DNA of 64,000 nucleotides, taken from Tubiluchus corallicola (lineage: Eukaryota; Animalia; Priapulida). The translations under genes and the position numbers were made by a program. Position 1 is the stretch's first letter, and each line of letters starts with the position of its first letter. Below the pieces are notes generated by a model. The model was not told the origin of the DNA. It ran no database searches and saw nothing but the letters and a program-made list of their open reading frames with translations. Where the stretch lies: the NCBI GenBank assembly GCA_030141605.1, contig JAQGDQ010000146.1, positions 317,933 to 381,932 on the forward strand. The letters run 5' to 3'. Positions 11,608-24,125 of this stretch are shown piece by piece.

Positions 11608-12254
11608 CTAAAGGGATACTTTTCATATACTACTCTATTTTCACGTCTGATAAAAGTATACATTTTAACGCAATTCATACTGCAAAATCGTTTCTGATAA
11701 TTAAATAATAGGTTAAAAACTTAATTAATGACAGGTGAGCCTAGCTATTGATGACATCACAAACTAACATAATTTTCAACAGCAAAGACATTCCACGATC
11801 GTGTTGCACGTGTTTGCGAAAGAGAAAATTGAAGTACAGTGCTACTGTAACGTATTCCGTGTGTTGTACTAGAACTAGGCAAGTTTTGAGATAAAAATTC
11901 GAATTTCAAATTTACCTCTGTGCTCTTGCATGAGCTGTCAAATGTGTGTAGTTCGTCGCAAACTGACATATCTGAACCGAGAGGTACAGCACCTGTTTTT
12001 TGTGCAGTGCATTGCCGAAATGCAGGCGCTAGTGCCAGTCTAGCTAGCAAATGGCAAAATGCACGTAACAGCGAAGAATTAGTGTCCCGAACACGAAATA
12101 GGGTTTGTGTGGTATTAATTCTTTCACGTTTAAAAATAGTATGAAAAAATAGTTTGAAAAGTGTGTGCTAAAAAATAGCGTGTTTCCTTTTGAATATTTT
12201 AAAGAGTATATTCATTTGACCTGCAGTTTAAAATTGGGTCCGGTTTTGTTTTAA
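11608..12254 (+). mobile_element. Kolobok-like MITE family A (~640 bp)
   Basis: Homologous to copies at 19.9, 21.9, 23.4, 28.3, 33.7, 40.4 and 43.5 kb (gatgacatcacaaactaacataattttcaacagc... tgagaggtacagcacctgtttt); ends ...tccggttttgttTTAA. Confidence 0.85.
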
Positions 12255-12481
12255 GATAAGTTCACTCTAAATTAAATGCTGTTTCTCGTGGTTTCTCTTT
12301 GTGGTTTTGTCAGTGCTTTTCCGTTACTCTTCAATTTGTCACAAAAAGGGGTAAATCATTTCCTGATCCTCCTGATGTTCTTTTTAATAAACAAGTTGCT
12401 AAATACTTAATTTTTTTCAGTTTTATTCTAGGTCTTATTCCATTCTATATACTGTACAAAGATAGTACATTCCTAAGAAAT

Positions 12482-12690
12482 TTAACCCTTTCATTACGGA
12501 AGGTGGAAAACTATTATGTGTGCATGTGTTGAAATAAAACTAATATTCAATATTAGTACTCAATAACGAACAACTATTTATTCATTTACAAGATTCTCTG
12601 TTTTAGTAACACACCACAAGGTGTTATTACCAAATGTGTAAAAGTCGATGTGAGTCGAGTTAAAAAGCAACAGCGTGGTGAAAGGGTTAA
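12482..12690. mobile_element. piggyBac-like MITE (~200 bp)
   Basis: TTAA-CCCTTTCATTACG ... CGTGGTGAAAGGG-TTAA; a paralogous empty site is present at 14780. Confidence 0.8.
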
Positions 12691-13332
12691 ATCCACTGTG
12701 TGAGAAGAACTAATGAACAATTCAATTAAATTTTAATTTATTTATCTCTATAATGCTACGATAGAACATGATTAATAAAAGAATCTCTAATAAGTTTTGA
12801 AGAATGGTTAAAATGTATAGATAGATCTAGAACTAGAGAAAGGATAGAAAATCTTCAAAAATTTCACAAGAAAATGTGAATTTTATCTGCAAATGTTATA
12901 ATTTAGTTTTTCAGTATATATCAACAGTAAATGGCATAGTTTGTAATTATGTGAAGTGGTTTTAACCTTTGGGTCTCGTGTCTTTCAGTGACTTACTTGT
13001 AATTTTGCCGATTAACTGTGTTTGTGTAAGCTTTTAGTGTACAACATTCGATTCAGTTTTAAAACTTGAAAATAATGTAAATGTGTTGTCTATCCTATGC
13101 ATAAACCATACAATGATTTACTTAAATATTTTTTGTACGATGAAAAATGCCATATTACGTATGACAATAAATTTTTTGTTTTGCTCATCTTTTTCAATTT
13201 AATTCTAATTTAAAAATTAACTTATTTTTTAGTTAAATTTATGTAACGTTTATATGTTGATTATATTATGAAACAGATTTGAAACGCGTCATATGAGGCT
13301 AGCTAATTACATATAATTTTCAAAAGTTAAAA

Positions 13333-13872
13333 CTAAAGAACAACTCACTCAGTATTTTGGGTTTATTTTACTGTTATCACTTGAACTTAGAAAAGTATAA
13401 CAAAGAAATTTGCAAAGAACTGCTTATAAAGCATAAATTTAAAATAAACTACCTCTGAGTAGAAATTTTCAGACGTGGTGGTTGCCGTCATTCACTTGAA
13501 AATCATGACGTAACTGGGAGACTTCGTGACTTTTCGTGAGCGCGCGCTGCTTAAACTAATTCAAACTTCTGCAACTTACCTAATGTTTGTGCAAAAATAT
13601 TACAAAATTAGTTATCTAGTTATTCTGTAAAAGGTTGTTATACTTATGATGGAGACTGATATTGCGTTGCTTTTCTTCAAGACGAGTGACGTCATTGGAA
13701 GAAGAATGGGCATTGAAAATGGGAGCACCCAAGCATGAAGTGATCGCGACTTTAAAGTGATTGTACTAATTACACAAGGCGCTTATTGCAGTTTTATTAC
13801 TAAATACTTCTAGCATCTTTCACGAACATTGTAATAAGCCTAACCTCCTAGAAGACTTGATCTTTCTTTTAA
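13333..13872 (-). mobile_element. Kolobok-like MITE family B (~545 bp)
   Basis: Reverse complement of the 45324-45869 and 31356-31911 copies (tgacgtcattggaagaagaatggg, aagcatgaagtgatcgcgactttaaagtga); TTAA end. Confidence 0.85.
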
Positions 13873-14444
13873 AACATAATTCAAATTTCTTCCAAACGAT
13901 GTCGCTCCAAGTTGAAAATCAAGATCTTTGTATCCTACTGTATTTCACGCTGTACATCATTCCACTACCATAATTGTTATCACTGAGACCTGACGTAATG
14001 CATATTATCTTAAACATCAACCGCGCTCCCAGTTTAAAACAATGGAAAGACATTCCATGTTTTCTTTAACTATTTTTACTGTTTTCTTACGTGCCACGGA
14101 AGAAGTTTGCAAAATGTAATGAACGTTAATGCGCAGACGTAATGTTATTATTAAGGAATGCAATACGACAACAGGAGTTCGTTCTAAAACAGACGTCCTT
14201 TATTCCTTATCTTTTGCTTGGTCGCTTTAATACTGATGATTTTTATGGTTCAAAAACAGGTTTAAATTTTCAAAAATATTACAAGTATTTTAGTGCGCAG
14301 AATTGCAATTCAGATAATAACACAGAAGAAATTCTATTTGATGAATGAGTTACGATTCTTTGAAATGCGTTTTAAATTTGCATCGTGTTTAGAAAACCCA
14401 ACTATTGCTGCTACTGTGGTGATGTTTGCGTGTTCTCACACACT

Positions 14445-14745
14445 GTATGTGTGTGTATGTATGTGTGTGTATGTATGTGTGCTCGTATGTGTTTGCATGT
14501 ATGTGTGTTCGTATGTGTGTGTGCATGTATGTGTGTGTATGTATGTGTGCTCGTATGTGTTTGCATGTATGTGTGTTCGTATGTATGTGTGCTCGTATGT
14601 GTGTGTATGTATGTGTGCTCGTATGTGTTTGCATGTATGTGTGTTCGTATGTGTTTGCATGTATGTGTGCTCGTATGTGTGTGCTTGTATGTGTGTGCAT
14701 GTATGTGTGTGTATGTATGTGTGCTCGTATGTGTGTGCATGTGTA
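14445..14745. repeat. (TG/TATG)-rich compound microsatellite
   Basis: gtatgtgtgtgc/tcgtatgtgt iterations; source of the spurious ORFs at 14293-14789. Confidence 0.95.
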
Positions 14746-15724
14746 GAAATATAAATAATATTCAATATATTCAAGAAATTTAAATCCACTGTGTGAGAAG
14801 AACTAACAAACAGTTCAAAAATTTCATCTGAATTTGAATTTTATGAATTTTATCGGCAAATGTTTTAATTTGCTTGTTCAGTATATCAGCAATTGGTGAC
14901 ATAGTCTATAATTATGCGAATAAACAACGCATACAGGAACACGTCCCCGCAAACACAGGGCTTTTTTAAGCGAAGTCGATCTAATCTTATAACAAACAAC
15001 ATACATACATAATTATCACAGTCCTGATTTAATAGGCTAATTCTTAACAAAATTAATTCGTACCTCTTAATTTAGAATCACGTACTGTCAACTGTGAAAA
15101 AAATCTATCGTAACTTGAGCCCTGGAATTTCTATTGGCAAAACTATCGTATGAGGGAACTATCTATCCATAATTGTAGATAGGTAACATGAATACTGTGC
15201 TTGTTTTCCTGGAAGGTTATGTTTTTATTATGTTTAGAGCATAACGACCAACGCAACGGATAAAACTGACAACTTTTACGGAAATCTTATAGCCTAAGAC
15301 GTGTGGTCGACTTTACTGAATTTATACGTCTCTCAGCGCTGCTGTAATGATTTTTACTGGGGCATTTGTAAGAAATATTTGAAGTGGAGTGCTACACCTA
15401 TACAGAAGGGAGTCGGATTATCGTCCATTATGCTTCATTATCGTGTGAGCAAACAACGCTGCAGGTATGTATGGTAGATTCCATTATCCACTCAACGTAC
15501 AGGATTAATTCGTGAACAAAAACATCCCACCTCAATGAGTCTATTCATCGCTACAAGTTCAAAATTCTCGCGTTTTCTTTAGCAAGTCTTTCGCAAAGCT
15601 GCGCAGCACTCAGGGTGCAGAGAGACTTTAAATTTGCTGTTTCTGTTTTACTTTGACTAAAATTTTTGAATAATTGGTTAAAGATTACAATTCTCTACGC
15701 ACAAGAAATTAATTCGTGAACCGG

Positions 15725-16430
15725 ATTAGGATTAGGGTTGGGTTATGGTTAGAGTTTTGGTTAGTGCTAGGATTAGGGTTAGCGTAGAGTTGGGTTAGGG
15801 TTAGAGTTAGTGTCATGGTTAGGGTTAAGGGCTAGGGTTAAGAGTTGAGGTTGGGGTTACGTTACGGTTAGGGTTAGGGTTAGGGCTACGTTTAAGGGTT
15901 AGGGTTAGAGTTAGGTTTGGGGTTGGGGTTACATTTTTTTACGTTAGGGTTAGAGTTGGATTAGGTTAAAATTTTGGTTAGGGCTAGGGCTACGTCTAAG
16001 GGTTAGGGTTGGAGTTAGGGCTATGGTTGGGTTTGGGGTTGGGGTTACGTTAGTTTTAGAGTTGGATTAGGTTTAGAGTTTTGGTTAGGGCTAGGGTTAG
16101 GGTTTTATTAGGGCTAGTGTTAGCGTTTTGGTTAGGGCTAGTGTTAGGGTTTTGGTTGGGCTAGGGTTAGGGTTTTGGTTAGGGCTACGGTTAAGGATAG
16201 GGTTAGGGTTCGAGTTGGGTTATAGTTTAGAGTTTTGGTTAGGGCTAGGGATATGGTTAGAGTGGGGTTAGGCTTAGGGTTTTGGTTAGGGCTAAGGTTA
16301 GGGCTAGGGATAGGGTTTTGGTTAGGGCTACGGTTAGGGCTAGGTTTAGGGTTAGGGTTTTGGTTAGGGCTACGGTTAGGGCTAGGGATAGCGTTAAGGT
16401 AAGGGTTGGGGATAGGGTTAGGGTTAGAGT
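15725..16430 (+). repeat. Degenerate interstitial (TTAGGG)n-like tract
   Basis: ~700 bp of ttaggg/ctaggg/ttgggg/ttagag hexamer variants. Confidence 0.9.
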
Positions 16431-17420
16431 ATTTAAATTGTGTGGGGAATTGAAAACTCCTTCCGAATAATTTATAAATAACAAAAGCGCGTCAAATAAT
16501 AATAGATGAAATATATTTGATAAAGCGCATTTTCAAGCAAAGTGCTTTCAATGGCGCTGTACCGTAAAACATAATAGTTACAGATGCATAATTAAGAAAA
16601 TATAACACTAATAAAATTATTTAAAAATTTTGCCCAAAACATGCAACAATAGGAAAGAAATTATCGTAAAAAATAGGTCCTTGCTCAACAGCAGTTGAAA
16701 TCGATCATATTTATTTGTATTTAAAGAGTTGTATCTAATATTGATAAGCATGTGGCTTTTGGGGTTTGTTTACCCGGATATCCGGCCTTGGTGTTGCTAA
16801 TGTCGACGGTTCTTTTGACCGGGGATTATGATGCTCCCGTATTTGAAGAAGTGCAAATCTCACAAAACCGTCTGCAAACTTGTTGGAGAATTTCCACTGA
16901 TACTTTATGCTAGCAAAAGTTCGTCAATGCAAACATGGCGGCTTTTGCATTTGTGTGGCGGAAGTTTTCTGTTGTGAAAGCTGCAGAGTCCGTTCTTTAG
17001 ATGTAATGCTAAAACTTCTTGTTCGATTGTTGTCGGGTTTGTTTGTATCAAATGTACACAGGAAAAACTGTAGGTCTACCAACAGACCACCAGGGCTTAC
17101 TTCATTCGTTACGAAGCAATGGTGGGTGCTTTGACACACGGTACAGTAGCCCTTTGTACACGTTCTGCCAACGTTCCTAAATTTCAAATTCTAAATATGC
17201 ACTCTGATATAGTTTCTACATATAGCCATACAACATTATAAAAAATTAAGTAAATAGGTACATCGGTAGGTACGTAGGTAGATAAGTATTTATTATTGAA
17301 GGCTTACTGTGTTAAGCCCTTTTCACATAGTTTCTACATATAGCCATACAACATTATAAAAAATTAAGTAAATAGGTACATCGGTAGGTAAGAATTAATT
17401 GTTGAAGGCTTACTGTGTTA

Positions 17421-18078
17421 GGTCCGTTTCACATTGAGGACGCGAGGAAAAATGACGCACGGAATTGCTGGCAGAAAATCAGAAGATTTCCGATTTTTTC
17501 TGGAAATACCAGGCTGCAAATGGTTCATTTCACACTGAAACCGCGCGGCTTTTTTCCGGGCGTCCAGTTAGCTACAGCTCCTTTGCAAGTTTTATACTGT
17601 ATAACCATCTCTAATATAAGTTATACTTGCCGTATTTCTCATATACAAAGTAAAATTAATTATGTTAATTAATCTAATATCAGACCTGTTTATTTTTTTT
17701 ACTAACCACTTTAAAATCTGAAAATGCACATAGATAAAATAAATATATGCGTGCGTTATTTTTCTTTTTCACGAAAATTGTCATCGATGTTGGATTAATG
17801 AAAGATGAAATCGTCAGTCTATTAGAAGAGAGATTAAATTTTATAATTTTACGCTGAAATGTGTTAATTGTTGTTCGTTAAATAAGAAAGAAGTAACTGA
17901 GTAGTTCAATTTAAGACCGAATTCCGCGAGGATTCCTCCCGAAAATGGAATATGCAGCATATCTACCATGCGGCAAAATTCCCCACGAGGAGGACGCATA
18001 CCTTCTAGCTGACAGCAGAGTTCCTCACGAGGAACTGCACGAGGCATTTTGCTGTGCATCCTCACTGTGAAATGGGCG
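17421..18078. mobile_element. PIF/Harbinger-like MITE
   Basis: TIR GGTCCGTTTCACATTGAGGA ... TCCTCACTGTGAAATGGGC preceded by TTA; internal cgagga repeats near both ends. Confidence 0.6.
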
Positions 18079-18651
18079 AAGATGCAAATTTATGGAAACA
18101 AGAGTCTGAATGTTTTCCCGCATCTATTTTTTATATATGCAACAATTTGCTAGTGAATATATTTGAATTCACTAATTGGATACTGTCGATTTTTTTTCTG
18201 AAGTACATCTGATTAGATAAGGTATTAACACCGATCAAAGCTGGCAATAATAACTGTCGTGCGCAGTTTCAATGGCTGGAGATGACACAATAAATCTCGT
18301 CAGAATGACTTGGGCTGATTTTTAGTACAGACAGAGCGCCTTTGTTAAAAATTGTGATAAGTTTCATTCAGCTTCCCCGGGGCGATGCGTATAAAGGTGC
18401 AAATTGGATAAGCGAGCTAAAAGCTGCGTATTTCCTCTGGGCTATCACACATTTACTTAGATAAATATTCGTCGTCCACGACTTCTTCATTTTACGACCA
18501 TTACGCAGGACTGTTCCGTGGAAAGTACCATGTTTAAAGGCAGTAAAATAACAATCACCAGCTGTGTTAGCTATTCCCACAATAGGGTTCTCTCCTGTTT
18601 CTCCAACGTACCACTTTTCGTTCGGTCACCTCTTCCAAAATTTTGGTTTAT

Positions 18652-19130
18652 AAGATTACTGTTTGTTTTGATAATCTTCAACAGAACGACACGCAACGTA
18701 ACGTAACGAAATATAATGTAGTATAAGGTAACATAACGATGGATAACATAAAAGGCTCTGATATATTGGTTCATGAGATTACCGTTTGTTTTGATAATCT
18801 ACGTAACGACACGTAACGTAACATAACGATATATAATGTAATGTAACGTAAGGTAACGAAATATAATGTAATGTAAGGTGACATAACGATGGATAATATA
18901 AAAGGCTCCTATGTGTTGGTTTATGAGATTATCGTTTGTTTTGATAATCTACATAACGACACGCAACGTAACGTAACGAAATATAATGCAGTGTAAGGTA
19001 ACATAACGATGGATAATATAAAGGGTTCTGATGTATGAGATTACCGTTTATTTTGATAATCCACATAACGACACATAATATAATGTAACGAAATGTAATG
19101 TAACATAACGATGTGTAACGTAAAGGGCTC
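18652..19130. repeat. ~110-150-bp tandem repeat, 4 copies, with internal (acgta/acata) pentamers
   Basis: gagattaccgtttgttttgataatct... restarts near 18652, 18774, 18923 and 19035. Confidence 0.8.
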
Positions 19131-19301
19131 GTATGTACTCACATTCGTTTATTGTACTGTTCTGGAACTTGAAAGATAAAATTACTCAACAACTATTATA
19201 CATACGGTACTCATGGAAACGACATGGTACCCAAACGGTTCAAATTTAGAGAAAGTACAGGTTAAACATACAGCTAACTCACAGCTCTATGTAGCTATAT
19301 A

Positions 19302-19728
19302 CAGGGGGGGTATCAAGACTTTACGACGCCCTAGGCTGATAGTTCAGTCCCGCCCATCTCTACTGTGAATTTATGGTTGCTTATGTAAAGAGCAAACCAA
19401 ACAATTACTTGTGGTGTATTAGAAACACTATTAACCTAGTTTCTACGGTATCGTTATTAATTACATGTATTTCCATAATGCTTATATTCAAGCAGGCTGC
19501 GCAATTGCTTGTTATGTAATACCTTGCGCCTGTTAATTATGTGGCACTTGTATAAAGGCAGCTCTCAGTAACTGTCTGTGGTGTGTTATAAAGTGCGTCC
19601 TTAGAAATGAATATGAAAGTACATGTGCACACATTTTCCGAGGAGAATAAGAATTTTTTCTAAAATGCGACGCCCCTCAAACCTTGGCACCCTAGAGCCT
19701 AGTTATCCTATTGGTTAATACGTCCCAG
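19302..19728. mobile_element. hAT-like MITE
   Basis: CAGGGGGGGTATCAA ... TTAATACGTCCCAG imperfect TIR, flanked by near-identical 8-mers GCTATATA / GCTATAGA (8-bp TSD is typical of hAT). Confidence 0.55.
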
Positions 19729-19904
19729 GCTATAGATGCCAGAATAAGGCACCTAAAACAAAGACATATTAGCAGCTTTCACGATGCTGACAAAGAACAA
19801 GGTAACATTGTCTGACAGAGCACTCGGGAAAATACGTCAAGCTATGTGAGATACCACGTAAACACAATTCACGTCTTATCTTTGCTTAATGATATCGTTA
19901 ACAA

Positions 19905-20343
19905 AATGATTTTTTCATATACTAACCCATTTTAAAGTTCGATAAAAAGTATACAGTTGATGACATCACAAACTAACATAATTTTCAACATCAAAAATAT
20001 TCTAAGAGCGTGTTGCATGTGTTTGTGAAAGCAAAAGTTGAAGTAAAGTGCAACTGTAAGATATTCAGCGTGTTGTACTAAAACTAGACGAGTTTTAAGA
20101 TAAAAATTCAAATTTCAAATTTACCGCTGTGCTCACCTCATGAGCTGTCGAACGTGTGCAGTACCTCACGAACTAACACATCTGAACTGAGAGGAACAGA
20201 ACCTGTTTTTTGTGCAATGCGTTTCCGAAATGCAGGCGCTAGTGCTCGTCTAACTAGCGATTGGCGAAATGTATGCAACAGCAAATAACTAAAGAGTATG
20301 TTGTTTTGACCTATAGTTTAAGATTGAGTCCAGTTTTGTTTTT
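19905..20343 (+). mobile_element. Kolobok-like MITE family A, internally deleted copy
   Basis: Aligns to family A with two internal deletions. Confidence 0.8.
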
Positions 20344-21882
20344 GTCTACAATATACGCAATATGTGACAGATACAACCCAAAATTGACCAAAGACAATTG
20401 TCATAATTAGAGCCATTAAGCGCATTTTGAAATAATAATCAGTAATAAATCAGAAGTAATCAGTAGTAATATAATAAATCAGTATATTTTACTATAATTG
20501 GCCCCGGTTTTACTTTAAAGAAGCAGTCCACGGGCAGCAAAACTTGACAAAGGAAAGAAGCTTGTTGCTTTGAGTTGGGTAAAGAAATCTACTGGCGTCA
20601 GATTACTTGCCTTTGTATTCAGGTTTTTAATTTGTTGTTCCCCAGAATCATCTGGCTTTGTTCAGGAAGTATCCAGGTATCCGCCTAGAGGAATAAGACG
20701 CAAAACATGTAGTTATTGTCAGGAATTGTACGAGACGTATAACAAAGAATTTGTGAACAAAATGATGTTTGTGTGAACAATATGAAGCAACTGAAAAGAG
20801 GAGCTGAGGTAAATTTAGAGATTTCACTGCGTATTTTAGACATCTACTTGAGGCCAACATTGAGGCTAAAAGGCAATTTGGTGTCATGGCACCTTCATTC
20901 GTGAATGCGTTGATAGCATAATGAAATATATCTCCAACGGCTAGAGGGCTGAGGAGGTCATGTGACCCAACGGCCATGGATAGAGTAGTAAATCTTCCAA
21001 ATCAGGAGTGGAGCCCTGAAGGCGGACCATTGCAGCATGCTCACTGACTCCGGCAGCTCCTGCAGCCAACCTGGTGCTAAACGTATCGCTCCACTTTCCT
21101 GTGGACTACACCAGGGAGGAAGAGAGGGGGTTCCTGTTGTCTGGGCAACTCAAGATCTCCATACACCTTGCCCAGGCGTGCGCCCAGGAGACGTTCAAGG
21201 ATCGCACTGCTCAGCCACAGTCGACGCTGCAGCTCCATCAGTGTGATCAATAACTGACTATCTTGGCGCATACTTCATTATCTTCCGAGACAGAAGGATG
21301 CCAACCATATACATGGTACAGGATTACTTCACAACTTAGTACAAGAGTCATTGCTTATAGACTTCTTTTTGCCTTTTCTTGTACTTGTTTCTCCCAACTG
21401 AGACTTAGGTTACGTAGGTACTATAAAATTGTAAAGCAAATTTTTGTGCTGTATGTAACAATTCACTAATGTATCTTTCTAATTATATGACAAGGAAAAC
21501 GTTGCGTTATTATTTTTGCATACTTTTCTGCAGATACGTAAACAATGTTGCCTTATTAACGTACATAACGTTTTTCTCTATAGACAGATGTTAACAACTA
21601 ATTGTATCTGGTGTAAAATTAGTTACGGAAGTCTTATAAAAAAGCTTTTAGCTGTCGCATTACGAGATTCATCCATGAAGCCAAACAACAAAGATCTTTT
21701 TCATAACAGCACGTCTGAAGAGGAATGAAACGAAAATTATTACCGTCAAAAGGATGTTGTCCTAAAGAAAATGTAACGAATATTTTATTTTATGTGCATA
21801 TTTACGGCGTCAAAGTCACAATTTACTGTGAAACTACTACATAAGATTTTGTTACTAATACTGCTGCATCGATATGATGCAT

Positions 21883-22690
21883 CTAAAGGAAGACAGGATG
21901 ATTTTTTCATATACTACCCCATTTTCAAGTCCGATAAAAAGTATACATTTTAATACGATTAATATCGCAAAAGAGTTTGTGATAATTAAATAATAGATTA
22001 AAAACTTAATTAACTATTCATTTTAATTAACATAAAAAACTATTGATGACATCACAAACTAACAGAATTTTTAACAGCAAAAATATTCTACGAGCGTGTC
22101 GCCGCACGTGTTTGTGAAAGCGAAAATTGAAGTACAGTGCTACTGTAAGATATTCAGTATGTTGTATTAAAACTAAGCAAGTTTCAAGATAAAAATTCAA
22201 ATTTCAAATTTATCGCCGTGCTCACGCACAAGCTGTCCAACGTGTGTAGTTCATCACAAACTAACACATTTAAACTGAGAGGTACAGCACTTGTTTTTTG
22301 TACAATGCGTTTCCAAAATGCACGCGCTAGTGCCCGCCTAACTAGCGAATGGCAAAATGCACGTAACAACGAAGAACTAGTAGTACGAACGTGAAATTGT
22401 GTTTGTGTGGTAATAATTCTTTCGCGTAAGTCATTTTTGAAATCTCTTACAGTACCACTGTACTTCAATTTTCGCTTTTAAAAATTGGCTCCTGGAATAT
22501 TTTTGTTGGTGAAAATTATGTTAGTTTGTTGTGTGATCAACCAGTTTGACTCGCTCGCCTTTAATAAAGTTTTTAATCTATCATTTAATTATCAGCAACG
22601 TTTTTGCAGTATTAATTGTGTTAACATGTACACTTTTTATCAGACTTGAAAATGGTTTAGTATATGGAAAATCATCCTGTCTTCCTTTAA
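21883..22690. mobile_element. Family A fold-back derivative (left end at both termini)
   Basis: AAAGGAAGACAGGATGATTTT... runs forward to ~22443, then an inverted 5' portion ends AAATCATCCTGTCTTCCTTTAA. Confidence 0.8.
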
Positions 22691-23407
22691 ACAGCAGTGT
22701 CGCCATCTATCAAAGAAAAACAAGTGCACATTTAAGGTAATCCATGCCTTGCAGCTTTTATTTGCATTACATGAATGTGATCACACTTTCTCGGTAAGTC
22801 TTATTTGCATATTACAACCTATGTTAATGCAAAACTTGCAATAGTTTTATGGTTGCTCGGAGGAGACATAAAATAGCGCTCACTCGACAAAAGAGCCCTC
22901 GTAAAACATGCACCGTAAAGAAAATAATTGAAATCTGTCGAATGCATGCCTAGATGTTCAGTGCACCTTACCAGTACACAAATCTGACGAACTATTTTAT
23001 GCGTTATTATTACATGAAGTGAAAAAATGGATAGTTTTGGTTAATAACGACAAATTTGAGCTCGTGTAATGTTCAAATAAGATAAAAGATCCGTCAAATT
23101 ATAGAAAAGTTGAAAATTTTCATTATTTTTGTGCAGAATCGTTCACATTTATTACGAATTCATAATAATTCATAACTATCTCTTGGCTATTGTCCCTCGA
23201 ATAAAACAAATCTGAATTGAATTTTTTATTGCTTCTTATTCTTATCTCTAACGAAATTAATTTAACTGTTGTTGTCGTCGTCCGTTGTGTTGTTAATTAC
23301 TGTCGGTGCTGTTGCTATACAAGCAGCTGCATATTGTTTAGCTAAGTTCCAAATTTGACACGCCTGAAGCCTATTTGTCACAATGCATTGTAAATTTCTG
23401 GTGAAGC

Positions 23408-24125
23408 TTAAAGCAAAACCGGATCCAATCTTATACTGTAGATCAAAACAATCTACTCTTTAAAATACTGAAAGGAAAAAAGACTTATGTGAAAGAATTA
23501 TTACCACACAAACACAATTTCACGTTCGCGCCACTAGTTCTTCGCTGTTACATGTATTTCGCGATTCGCTAGTAAGACGGGACCAGCGCCGGCATTTTGG
23601 AAACGCATTGTACAAAAAACAAGTGCTGTACCTCTCAATTTAAGTGTGTTAGTTTGTGATGAACTACACACGTTCGACAGCTCATGCGCGGGTATTAGCG
23701 CCAGCATTTCGAAAGCGTAGCACAAAAAACAGGCGCTGTATCTCCCAGTTCAGATATGTTAATTTGAGACGAACTACAAACATTCGACAGCTCATGCGCG
23801 AGCACAGCGGTAAATTTGAAATTTAAATTTTTATCTTAAAACTTGCCTAGTTTTAGTGCAATACACAGAATATTTTACAGTAGCACTGAACTTCAATTTT
23901 CATTTTCACAAACACGTGAAACACGCTCGTGGAATATTTTTGCTGTTGAAAATTATGTTAGTTTGTGATGTCATCAATAGTTGGGCTCGCCCGCCGTTAA
24001 TTAAGTTTTAATCCATTATTTAATTATCAGAAACGATTTTGCAGCATTAATAGTGTTAAAATGTATACTTTTGATCGGACTTGAAAATGGGGTAGTATAT
24101 GAAAAATCGTCCTGTTTTCCTTTAA
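23408..24125 (-). mobile_element. Kolobok-like MITE family A, full length with internal duplication
   Basis: TTAA-AGCAAAACCGGATCC ... TCGTCCTGTTTTCCT-TTAA; ~110-bp segment duplicated (about 23590-23690 / 23700-23800). Confidence 0.88.

Noticed and set aside
15338-15465. Possible + strand exon (ctctcag|...ctgcag|gtatgt)
   Set aside because: Splice-like ends and an open frame, but no recognisable peptide or partner exons.
15725-16430. True chromosome end
   Set aside because: The tract is internal, highly degenerate and flanked by ordinary sequence on both sides.
18368-18620. Minus-strand WYVGETG resembling a GIY-YIG (Penelope) endonuclease motif
   Set aside because: No upstream GIY/GVVY motif, no downstream R..EH, and no adjacent RT sequence.
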